From Lobosporangium transversale (taxonomy: Eukaryota): a DNA stretch of 64,000 nucleotides. The translations under genes and the position numbers were made by a program. Shown in pieces: positions 36,537 to 48,302 of this stretch. The stretch spans positions 620,001 to 684,000 of the forward strand of contig NW_019028981.1 in the NCBI RefSeq assembly GCF_002105155.1, given 5' to 3'. A model generated the notes under the pieces. The model ran no database searches. It was not told the DNA's origin and saw only the letters and a list, made by a program, of their open reading frames with translations. Position 1 is the first letter of the stretch. The number at the start of each line of letters is the position of its first letter.

Positions 36537-37798
36537 TTATTTCCCTACACGAAGCTCGTACACAAGTACAGTTCTGTTTCGATCTTCAATTGAGAACTGC
36601 TCGAGATCTTGCTCCTTCAGCATCCTACTTTCTTGTCTCAGCTCTTCAGTGGTCCTAGTCTCACCCCAAGCAGGCATTCGGCGGATCTCAATAAGCCGCT
36701 TCTTAAACCCATAGTTTTCTCCTGTTGCTAAAGCCATAAATCGTTGCACAGGGGTAAAGCCTGTATGCAAGCCGCAGCACAGGAAAATCTTTCCATTCGT
36801 TTCGGAAAGAAGAGCGCGACAGGAGTTGAGGAGCGCAACATGGCCTTCTGACATCCAGAGCGTGTCCGCTAACAAAATCCGATCGTATTTTCTGTCGTTA
36901 TCGCTTTCATTATTATTAGCGCTACTGCCCTCGTTAATCTGCAGACAACCCAAGAGTTCTTCTACGCCCGTCCCCCATTTATGTTCGCGCACAGCACATC
37001 TCACGTTCTGTTCGATTAAGCGCCAATCTTCATTGATTTCATTACTTTGTGCTGAGGTTGTTGAGGTACAGAATGATGATGTGGACTCTAAAAGCCGTTG
37101 CATGTGAACTAACTCTTCATCGGTGCTATTTATTCCTTTTCTTGCTTCTTTCTCCTGTGCAGACTTGACCAGATTCTCATACCAGTTACGCTCCAAGTTT
37201 TTGATGATAACTGGATCAGGATAGTCGGTCAAAGTAACAAATCTTGCGCCTCGTTTTACACATAACAATCCAGGCAAGGCTGCTCCTGCGCCTAATTCAA
37301 TCACTTTTTTTTTGAGAAGATTACTTTTCTGAAAAGGATTGACTGAGGTATGTAGGAACCATCTGTCTTTTTTTTTTTTTTATTTTTATTTTTTTTTTTC
37401 AGTCTTTTCTTACCCCGCTTTCCCTGAATGTCAAGTTCGTTTCCAGCCTCAATATATTCCGCCATGACAAGAGCGGAATTCCAAACGTAATGCGACATGA
37501 GCGTGAGAGCCTCACCTCTAACATCAGCCAAATGAAGTTTCAAAAGACCTTGGCCATAGTCGAAGATCTGTCCTGCTTCTCCATTTGCAACAGGAGAATC
37601 ACCAAAGACACCAATGCTCTGTTCAAATTTATCAAGAAAATCTGATTCCTCGAGGGATTTGGTTGTAGATGTAGATGAGCATAATGAATTAGTGGTTTTT
37701 CCGTGCCGCTGAGCACGTTCAAGACGCTTAATGCGATTTTCCTCCAGGTCTAGGGCGCATGTGAATGAATGAGATTGAGCTGCTTTATTTTTCCCCAT
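36537..37798 (-). CDS. Seven-beta-strand methyltransferase family 16, Efm7/Nnt1-like
   Basis: Exons 37798-37414 and 37303-36537 (AAG acceptor). HYVWNSALVMAEYI, motif I VIELGAGAALPG, post-I TLTDYPD, and YDRILLADTLW. Start codon is uncertain. Confidence 0.85.
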
Positions 37799-38248
37799 GA
37801 AAAAATATCGAAAAATGATTCCTAACATTCAACAGAAAGTCGACAGAAAGTCATAAACAAATACATTTGTCACGTTTTTGAATTGAATAGAATACTTCTT
37901 TTTTTTGAATACCAAAAATAGGACAAAAAACTAAAATCGCTCGGATTGGTGGCTGTGTGGGAAACATTGCGACCATAGCACAAGGCATGGGCTTTGAATA
38001 AATACGTTTTATCATGCCCTTCCAAAAATGACCAGACCTGATGAGTCCCTTCAAATATCGCCCATGCCCTCCATGATATAACCAGGGTTCAATGATAGGT
38101 TCCTTCAACCATTGATACACGTGCATGATTAAATTGATTGGGCATCTAGAGGCGTAAAATATTTCTATGCCATGGATGTTGAAAAACATGGCCATTAAGA
38201 AATTGAGATATGGTCTGTGCCATGCGAAATGCTAGAAATTTCATACAC

Positions 38249-38280
<32 letters not shown>

Positions 38281-39665
38281 GTGGCAGTGTTGATGTATAA
38301 TATAATTGACGGATCTCTTCTAAACTGTTCATCTGTCTATACGCTCCAAAAAAAAAAAAAAAATAAAAATAAGTAAGGAACAAGCCAGCGATACAAAGAC
38401 CAAGACCTTGGTACTCCTTTGAGCATAATCACTTAGTACTCCTTTGCACATTTAGTAACTTTTATCGTTTTCATCCTAAAGAAAATCAAAACACCAAGCG
38501 CCTATCACTATTATATTCTACCTCCTTTCCGGTTCCTTTTTCACTAGAGGCATGTTGCCGAATGGTTGTCATCCGAGTCTTTAAAAAATCGATTGATTGC
38601 AGGCTCAAGTCTTTGCCTCTAATAACAATAGTATCAAGTCAAATCGCTAGTCGGCATTCATAGATATTCCACCAGTGTACGTTGCCGCCGTGCTAACTAC
38701 ACCAACCGCACCAACCGCCACTCGATCAGAAGTATTAACCCTTACTGGTACCGTCCATTTTACACTCCCCAGGATATCAACTCGCTTTTATGAGATTCAC
38801 TTTCAGGCAGATCTGCATATGTGGGTGGAGGTCGAAGCTAGTTATCTGCCGTATGATAAGTATGACACCCGTTGTTTGATTCGCTGCATGGACCTGTTCA
38901 GCGTTGTCAAGATAATTTCCTTAGTTTATGGAACCAATGCAAGGTGGAGCTCATGTTTTTCAGGGACTGACCCTGTCATCTTGCTTTTATCTTTCTTCTT
39001 TCTCAATAAAGTCTTATAGACATTATTCCAGTCCGCCAATACGTCTATACGCCACCTAAGCGTGATTCAAATCATCTGCTGCGGGAAAAGTTTCGACCGC
39101 AGCCAACCAACATCGGTCCTTTGTCTCGATGGTTCTTTGGATGCATTGTCAAGGCAAACGCCGATACACTCAAGTCAGGCTGATGTACAGTACATGTACT
39201 CGGTACAATAACACCAAATCCGTATCTTCCTCTTCCCTGTACATCCATGCAATGTGATACCCAGCACTGTTACCTACAAGCAACGGCTGAGGTGACAAGT
39301 TGATTCACAGTATTCCTTCTCTGAGTGTATTTACAGTTTTTTAAATTGGTAATAGTGAGGGCGGTTTTTTCTTTGGGAGGACCTCGATCCCTCACAGAGG
39401 AGCATGCAGTCTAGCCAACCTTAAACGTATCGTTTGGCGGATAAAATCCCTTCAGTCTATCCACTAGTCCTGTAATTCTTTCTAGCAGTTTCAAGTTTTC
39501 CATTATGCTTCATAAAGACTTTAGCTTGTAAAACAAATCACATGTCATTAAGGGAAAGAAAACAGGCGCATCGACTGTAAAGAACAAAGGTAATAAAAGT
39601 GTATTTCCAACCTAATAACTTTTCACTCCTCGCGTTCGATATTTCAGTGGTATTTCTTTCTTTCT

Positions 39666-39696
<31 letters not shown>

Positions 39697-40775
39697 CTTC
39701 CCTACTTTCTTTCGATCCAACATGGATACACGTTAGCTTCAAAATGATGCTAGGAATGATGACGGCTCACCAAAGCCGTACGTCTTATTCTATGCCCTAT
39801 TAATGAAAAAAGTAGTCAGATAACGGGGAACTTGCTTGACATCGTCACTAATCCAAATAACAATGTGGCTGGCATGAATATTATATTCTTTAGGCTGTTG
39901 TCGTCGGTGCAACACAAAAGTAACATAAGACTTTGCTCGCCCAGACAATAATGAAAATCCCTCGATACCGCAGCTAAACTATCCTCATGCTAAAGCCGGG
40001 TATCATTTGCAACCGTTTTATCTAGAATGTCTAGGCCCAATTATTATTATTTAACGTTTTCGATATATAAATTATTTTGCAATATGGGCAAACTGTTAAA
40101 AAGCCTTCCGCTTTCACACAGACTCTGGTAACAGGCACTGCTTAAAGTCTGCCGCAGCTACGTAAAAAAAAAAAAAACCTCGGCATTCTTGTCCGGCAGT
40201 GATGGCTGTCAAGCCGTCCGATATTGGCAAAGAAAGTTGGTGTATTGTTTTCAAGTGAGAACCAAGCCAAAGGGAGGTTCCCCAACAGAAACGGAGGATG
40301 ATAATGGAAGTACTACAGTTGCAAAAAGCGAGTCGTAAAAGGAAATGATTAAGGAAATATGATGGTTTTTTAGTTTAAGGGCCTTTACAGAGCCGAGTGA
40401 ACAAGATGCCTATTTTTGCTCTCTAACCTGTTTCGAGTACATTTTTGGAGTGCAATTGGCTGCACCTCTATTTTGTCATTTGCTCCTTTACAAATCTTCC
40501 CATGAGACTTGAGATGCAGGAACAAGAATTTCGCTGTGTGTTCGGGCAAACGCTGCGGCATAATCTAAAACCGAAATAATAAACAACAGCACTGAATCTT
40601 CAACTCAATTTCAGCATAACAGGGTGCCATTCTTTGCTCCACTACGTCTCTCCAGTTCTCAGTATCGTGTCTGTCGTGAAGACATAAATAATCGCCCGTA
40701 GGTACCTCTCTTTCTTTCATGCTCTCTTTATAATTCAGAACATTCATCTCATTCATTCTCATTACCTGCCAGCGC

Positions 40776-42654
40776 ATGCTTAGATCCACCATGACCGTTC
40801 TCGCAAAGTCATCTGCCCAATTGAGTTCCGAGCCTGTTCGCTCGCTGTACGAGCAGCTCTGTACTCGTGTTAAAGATGTCTCCTATCTTCAGGGGGTTGC
40901 TGGCCTTCTTCACTGGGACCAAGAGGTTATGATGCCTTCCAAGGCTGGTGACGTCCGTGCTAAACAGGTAACATAATAGCATAGTATTGGGATAAGTGAT
41001 GATGGCTTTGTAGCCTAGCGTTGAGTCTGTTTGTTAGCTCAAGTTTAATGATTTGGCTATTTTTCTTTGCGGATCCCATAGCTCAGCGCCATTGCTGGTC
41101 TGATTCATGAGGCAGCCACTTCACCCGCCTTGGGATCCATCCTCGAAGAGCTCCAGAACCGCAAAGTCTCAGGAGATCTGGCCAAGGAGCTGAACAATTA
41201 TGAACTAGCCAACGTCCGCCTGGCTTCCAAAGCCTATAAGGAAGCGACGGTCTTGCCCTCTGAACACGTCAAAGAGAACGCTGCTTTGGATTCTAAGGCT
41301 GTTGCTGCCTGGGCAGAGGTTCGTAAGGAATCTGATTTTTCAAAGTTTGCTCCCTTCCTTGAGGATCAGGTTAGGATCGTCCGCCAGAGAGTGACCTACA
41401 AGCTGAAGGGTGGCGTCTGTGAAGAGGCTCGAAAGATCAACGAGAAGGCTCGCACTAGTTTGGGCCTCAAAGAGAGTGATGAATGCTACAAAGGATACTA
41501 CCAGGCTTTGCTCAATGACTATGAGACTGGATTCAAGGACGAGCATTTGCAGGCCCTATTTTCTGACCTGAAGAAAAGCCTAGTTCCTTTAATTGCAAAG
41601 ATCAGGGCCAAGAATTTTCAACATGACAACAGCTTTATTCAGGGTGAGTGGGATGTCAAGAAGCAGGCCGAGTTTTCTCATCGTATCGCCAAGGAGATCG
41701 GCTTTGATACGGAGGCCGGTCGCCTCGACGTCTCCACTCATCCCTTCACTGGAGGTGCTCATCCTACCGATGTTCGAATGACCACTCGTTATACAGCTGA
41801 TTACTTTCAGGAGGGTATCTCTGGTACTATCCATGAAACAGGCCATTCTCTGTACGAGCAAGGACGCAATTTGGATTACGACGGACTACCTGTTTCCCAG
41901 GCTCTTTCTTTGGGCATCCACGAGTCGCAGTCTCTTCTCTGGTATAGCACTTGTGAACGTTGACATGGTCTTTCTAGTAGCATTGGTAGCTCAAGCTCAA
42001 TCCTGACTTTTTTTTTTTTTTTTTTTTTTTTTTAGGGAGCGTATGGTCGGTTTAAGTGAGCCATTCTGGACCTATGTCCTTCCTCTTCTCAAGGAACAGT
42101 TTCAAGAGCCCTCTCATGAGAATCTTCAATCGATTACCCCTCATCAGTTCTATAATGCTTTCAACCGGGTTGAACCAGGTTTTATCCGCATTGAAGCTGA
42201 TGAAGTAACCTATCCTATGCACATTATTCTCCGCTACGAAATCGAAAAGGCTTTGGTTGAGGGCGATATTACCGTTGCAGAAGTCCCCCGCGTTTGGAAC
42301 GCCAAAATGAAAGAGTATCTTGATTTGGAAGTGAAGGAGGATCGTCTTGGATGCTTGCAGGATACTCACTGGGCTGTCGGCCTTATCGGCTACTTCCCCA
42401 CTTACACTCTGGGATCAATTTACGCTGTTCAGATCTTCAATGCCGCTAAACAGGCCATCCCCGACTTGGATGAGCATCTGGTCAAGGGCGAGTTTCATGT
42501 GCTGAAGAAGTGGTTGAATGAGAACATTCACCGCCAAGGATCGTTGAAAGAATCAGGAGATGATTTGATTCGCGAGTTGACTGGCAAGCCTTTGGACAGC
42601 AATCTTTATGTTCAATATTTGACTGACAAGTACACCAAGATCTACGATCTTTAA
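40776..42654 (+). CDS. Metallocarboxypeptidase, peptidase family M32 (carboxypeptidase Taq type), ~556 aa
   Basis: Exons 40776-40967, 41082-41941, 42036-42654. All hallmark motifs are present: LLHWDQEVMMP, HPF, DVRMTT, HETGH (HEXXH), HESQS, IRIEADE, GCLQDTHW, GYFPTYTLG. Confidence 0.95.
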
Positions 42655-42821
42655 ACAGAAATTGATAAGCTTGCGAAACCCTTGTAATTAGATTAATTAG
42701 ATTAAATGAGAAGATGCAGCCAAAAAACTCAAATTAAAATGTCTGTGGCGGTGCAGTTCTTTGTCATCCACAAAATAATTTTTTTTTTCTCAGTTCCTTT
42801 CTTTTGCAACTATTCGTGACC

Positions 42822-44529
42822 ATGCAACTACCTACTCAATCAGAAGCAATAAGAGCTCTTGCTCCTAGGTTTTTACCTGTAGAGCTGCTTTCTTTCATCT
42901 TTTCCTTTCTAAGCCGGCATGAGCTTATCAACTGTCTCACTGTGTCCCGCGAGTGGTATACTGAAGCCATCCCAATTCTGTATCGTTGTCTTTGCATTCG
43001 CCCCCTCCTTCTTTCAACTTTTCTGCCTTCGGTTAGAAAGAACAGACACCATATTCAAGCTGTCCAATTCGACATGTCATTTCCAGGAGTATAATAAAGA
43101 GATCTTTGATATTTTATTGGATTATCAATCAGAGACAGACATACTGTTAAAGGAGCTAAACAGTTCAGTGGCACTTGTCCCCGGACTGAACAGGCCAACA
43201 ATTAAAGCGCTGACGATAATGGGGGATCTGGATTCTTTTCATCGATTCGACGAAATGATCTTTCATCTCACAGGCCTTACTTCATTGGAACTGAAGTGTC
43301 ATTCGATATCGAACATCCGTACTTTGGAATTGGATCGTATCTTAGAAACTCTCCCAAATCTGACTTATTTATTAGTAGGTAGTCCGATGCTAGATTCAAC
43401 AAAACCTATGTACAAATTACGATCATTTGGCTTTGAGCCTAGGCTCTTCTCGATCGTAAAACCATCCTCAGGCCAACTCTTCCAAAAACTCGGCGATTTG
43501 GTCTCTATGGCTATCAATGGGCCTGATTTCTCTACTCCTCCCTCAGCAACCAAAAGGATAAGCCTTCAAGGTTTAGGAGAGTCGTTACGGCGATGCTGCC
43601 CAAAGCTTGAGAAGATCATGACAACAGAAAAGGTGCCACTTTATTTTTATATTTTGCCAGCATCTGTTTCTGAATCACATCTCATACTCCGTGGCAAGGA
43701 TGTAACAGAGCAGCAAGCTCTGGAAGACCTACAACGAGAGCAATTTGAGGAAGCTATAGAGGTATTTTCTAATCTGACTCATTACATTGCCAACTCCTGG
43801 TCCTATATGGCAGCAGAAGACCTTCGTTGTCTGGGCGTAAAAGCCTGCTATCTGACGCATGTAGAGCTCGGTGCTGACCCTCCATCCTCAGGATACTCCA
43901 ATATCTATTCTAATCTTGATTTTCATCAGCAAGATATTGACGGTGCACAGAAGCGACATGCAATTGCTAGCTTGGATCTACAGTTGTTTTTAGAAACATG
44001 TAAACATCTGAAGCATTTCGATGCTAGAGGGCCCACTATTCACCTCGAATACATGACTCCATTTGGTCGGGAGCTTTCCAGGCTTTACTATCAGCCATCC
44101 AAGCGCCATGGCGGACGCCAGCCTGTTATCCGTTCAGCAAAGCCCTGGGCATGTGAGGATACTTTGGAGACATTGTCTATTGGATTTGGGATTATTTCAT
44201 GTTGTCCTTCAGACCATAGGATCGTGTTTGAACAGCTTGGAAGGTGTAGACGCCTAAGGTCGTTGACAATACGGTGGTCGACCTTGATCCCCACACTAAC
44301 TCATGGGGTAGATCTATTGGCAGATCTGGCGGGGTCACTTGAAGAGATTGTACTGACACACCAGTCGAAGTGGGTATGTGATGACCGAGCAACGCTGGAA
44401 TGGATGGTAACGCACCTGAGTAAGTTGCATAAATTGGAAATGCCTTTGCGTCGTGGCTCCTTTCTAGCAGAAAAGGTGAAAGCACGTTTGAGCAGTGCAG
44501 GCGCTGCAGGGATTCTGCATGTAACGTAG
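42822..44529 (+). CDS. F-box + RNI-like LRR protein; frame break near 43085 (frameshifted allele, or 55-nt intron 43032-43086)
   Basis: F-box LPVELLSFIFSFLSRHELINCLTVSREWY lies in one frame that stops at 43094. The LRR body (LTGLTSLEL, LPNLTYL, KPWACEDTLETLSI, FEQLGRCRRLRSL) lies in the +1 frame. Confidence 0.75.
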
Positions 44530-44737
44530 CGAAGAATAGAAAAAAAGAAATAAAACTCAATGGAGGCACGTGTTATTAAAAGAAACGCGTTTTCTGCGAA
44601 TATCTATTTTTGTTATGCTTTTTGTGCTTTGGAGATCCCTCTTCATAATCTACAAGTTACATAAACCAAGGTCGCGCTAACTCTGCTTTCCGCTTTTTCT
44701 TTCATTCTCTTCCACTCTTTCTCTCCCCCCTTTTTTT

Positions 44738-44768
<31 letters not shown>

Positions 44769-44790
44769 CAACTTCATCATCCGATTCATT

Positions 44791-46795
44791 ATGGCTGCAC
44801 ATGCATCATTGTCCAAGGATCAGCAGGTTCCACAGGACCAGATTGTCCATCACGAGATCGTTGACGACGACGATGATGGCTGGCAAGTCGTCTCATCTAC
44901 GGCCACTAAGGATAAGCAATCATCATCCATCCCTTCATCATCTTTGTCCGGACAATCTGTATTAACATCAGATGACACAGTGGCAAGCACGCCATCCTCT
45001 TCAGCAACTGCAGCAACTCCAATGACAGCAACAATCGCAACCACTCAGCAACCGTCTGTAGAAGCACCTGAAAAGACTTCGAAAAAGAAAAAGAAGCAGA
45101 TCTTTGGTACAGATGAATTCCAACCTGTGGTTTCCAAAAAGCAGCTGGCTCGTGCCAACAAGGTACCTACCAAGAAGCCTAATGCCTCGATCGGTGTGGC
45201 TACTTCAAGTTACTTTGATCTTTTGCAGGACACAGAGAATGCAGAGGATGTTGATATGATCCTTGAAAGGATCACGATGGAAGAAGAAGAGGAACGGATT
45301 CGTCGGGAAGAAGAGTTGAGGGAGCAGGCGAAAGCAGAAGCAACAGCAGCAGCAATAGAAGCAGCAAAGCAAGCTGAACTGGAGAGAGAACAAGAAGAAC
45401 ATACTTGGTTATTGAAGGAGCAGCAGGAACGCTTAGAACAAGAGCGCTTGGAACAGGACCGTTTAGAGCAGCAACGATTGGAAGAGCAAATCGAGTGCGA
45501 GAAGCAGGAGCTGGAAGCAAAAGAGTCATTGGAAAGGGCTGAGAAAGAAGCTGCTGCCGCTGCCGCTGCTTCGCAAAAACAAAAGAAGGAAGACAAAAAG
45601 AAGAAGGAGAGAGAGGCTAAAGAGAAGGAGAGGGAGACTAAAGAGAAGGAAGAGGCTCGTCTGCAAGCATTGAGACAGCAGCAGATCGAACAGGAGCAGA
45701 AGGAGCAAGCTGAAAAGACAGCAAGAGAGGCACAAGAAACAGCGAACAGGGCTTCAAATATGATAGAGGAAGGGAGCTTGGAAGAGCCAGAACACCAGCC
45801 TCAGCGGACGGAATCTGAAGATTCGTGGCAGGTTGAAGGCGATGAGGATGACGAATGGCAGGAGCAGTCAAAATCGAAGAAGAGCCGCAAGACTCGTGCT
45901 GCACAGCAAGCCTCATCTTCAGGTGCACTTGGTATTCAGTCCAAGATGTCGATCTATGTTCTTCAACAGGATGAAACTCTAGATCAAGAGAGTGACGGAG
46001 AAAATGGGTCAGAAGCTTCCTCTGAACAGGAACAGGAACAACGTGCTGCTGTTGTTACTACCAAACCCAAATCAACAAAAAGTGGAGCCGCCAAGAAGAA
46101 CAAGAAGAAGGCAAATAGCAACTCTGCGTCTGCAGCCAACTCACCACGCTTGGAAGGCAAGAAGTCTAAGAAGACTGCCGCCACTATCGCAGCTGTGGCA
46201 TCGGCACCTGCTGCTGTTGCTGCCATGACTGAGCCCGAGCCCGAGCCATCATTGTCCTCAACGGAAGCGGCGACACCCAAGTTGAGCAAGCGCAAAGCTA
46301 AAAAAGCATCCGCCACTGTTGCAACCTCTACCACAGCCGCCGCTCCTGGTATTGGGTCATCAGCAGCCTCATCTATACCCGCCAAGGCAGCAGACAAGAT
46401 TGAGGAGGTTATCAACAAGGGGTCCAAATCCTCAGCCTCTGTTATGGTCCAAAAAGATGGTCCCTCCGATATGGTTGGAGGGGTGTTTTCATCTATTTTT
46501 GAAAAGGGCGTTAATCCTGGATTGATCAAAGCTTTGAATGTGATCTTTGTGTTGTTGTTCTTGTCCTTGGGCTTCTTAGTCTTTGCATCTGGTGGCAATG
46601 GACATGTCATTGCTCTCACAGGCGTTGCTGTGGCTTTGTTTGTAGCTGTACAATGGTAGGGTTTATCTTTCACTTTATGCTCCTCTACGTTTGACAACAG
46701 TTGGCTTGGATAAACTGATATTTACAAATTTTATCTTTATTAGGTTCCTCCGCGAAATGGAGACCATGAGGATCGAAGAGCGCAAGAATATGTGA
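44791..46795 (+). CDS. Pkr1-like (V-ATPase assembly factor) membrane domain at the C-terminus of a ~638-aa charged/coiled-coil protein
   Basis: Exons 44791-46655 and 46744-46795. C-terminus SSIFEKGVNPGLIKALNVIFVLLFLSL...GNGHVIALTGVAVALFVAVQWFLREM matches the Pkr1 pattern (SIF.PG..P.L...H...L...WF..E) as I recall it. Confidence 0.72.
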
Positions 46796-47276
46796 AGGGG
46801 CTTGAAGCATACGAGGTCCCAATCGCTTGCTATATATTAGAGACCAGGAATTATTAGATTAAGGATTTTTTTTTTTGAAAAGGGTTAATGGCAAAATGAT
46901 TGAAATTTATATACAAATCATTTGTTTAATAAGTAAAAAAAAAAAAAAAAAAAAAGACTGATATGCAAATGCATATGAATTCACTTGAACGCGTTGTTTG
47001 TGATCAACGCCTTGATGATCAGCATTATTCATACACATATAAAAATTGCCCGCATTTTTTCCTTAATTCATATTTTGAACATTGTTGATTAGATTTGTCC
47101 TTGTGGGTTCCACAGGTCATTCCTTCCTTTCTGTCGCTTCGGCCCATTACCATATGAGGAAAAACCTGGGGAAACCCATTAGAAAACCATTTGTTTGTTT
47201 GTTGTGCTGGTTATGTTATTGGCTGTTTTTGGTGTACTTGATTGCTTGTTGTACCCATCTTTTATTTTGTCCCTGG

Positions 47277-47307
<31 letters not shown>

Positions 47308-47636
47308 CCCTCTTGATTCAATTGTAGTCAAATGCTCCTTTCAAAAAAAAAAAAAAAAAAAAAAAGTATATATACATGTATTCATATTCGCAAGTCTCGG
47401 AAAGTGGATCTGCAGGGTGGGGACTCGATGATCTTCTAAATGCAAAATCTGGTTTTGCGGGGTAAAAATAACGTTTATTTATCCATTGGATAAATAAAAA
47501 ATGAAAAATAACGCATGGTTCAAGACCGATACATTTCTTTTTTTTTATTTTTTTTTATGACAAAGTGGATCCAAGTGGCAAAGAATGGATATGATGTCTT
47601 TGACTACATCGTGTGTGGCCAGAGTGGTGAGTTGCG

Positions 47637-47680
47637 TGCTTTGGCCCCGCGATCTGCTTTGGCCCCACGATCTGCTTTGA
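47637..47680. repeat. 18-bp tandem repeat, ~2.4 copies (TGCTTTGGCCCCRCGATC)
   Basis: Copies at 47637-47654, 47655-47672 and a partial copy at 47673-47680. Confidence 0.85.
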
Positions 47681-48302
47681 TCGCCCACCATCGACTTTGT
47701 TACGACGCATGATCCAATTAGCACGATAAAGTACAGGGCCAGAGGTCAGAGAGAGATGGGAGCACAAAAGGATAGGGTAACAAACAGAGACTAAATAATG
47801 ACAAAAGACAATGCTTCTTGCAGGGAACATTCAGTTTATTATTCTCCATTCATCCATTCATCCATTCCTTCTTCATTCCTTCTTTTTCTTCGACATTCAT
47901 TATTCTCGGACTCCCTTTATTCATACATTCATCTCTTCTTTAACGGCCTTCACCTAGCGCCACATACATGTACACTTTATATATTACCCATTCCTTTTCT
48001 TGTATATAACACATTTTTACTTGCATTGTGCATCTTTGCTCGGGTTATAACATTTGTTACTTCGGTCCAAGCGGAGCATGAGAGAGCAGATATCCTTCTT
48101 CTGAATAGTTGGAGCCGTATTTCACCGCACTTGCATCTTCCAATCGTCTTATTACGTCCAATACAAAGCTCTTCTTCGCTCATTGACCCCAGATATACTA
48201 CCTATTCTTTTTGCACTTCTGACTACATACGAATAAGGCGTAGACAACAACAATAATATCCATTTATCCCAACGAAAAAAGAAAAAGAAAAAAGAAAAAA
48301 AG

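Noticed and set aside
38030..38065. CTGATGAG, resembling a hammerhead ribozyme core
   Set aside because: No stem II closing onto CGAAA and no compatible stems I or III.
40968..41081. Intronic GTGATGA (C-box-like) with TGGGAT/ATCCCA terminal pairing in M32 intron 1
   Set aside because: No CTGA D box, so a C/D snoRNA is not supported.
45984..46697. 237-aa antisense ORF and other long ORFs antisense to real genes
   Set aside because: Shadow frames of low-complexity coding sequence on the opposite strand.
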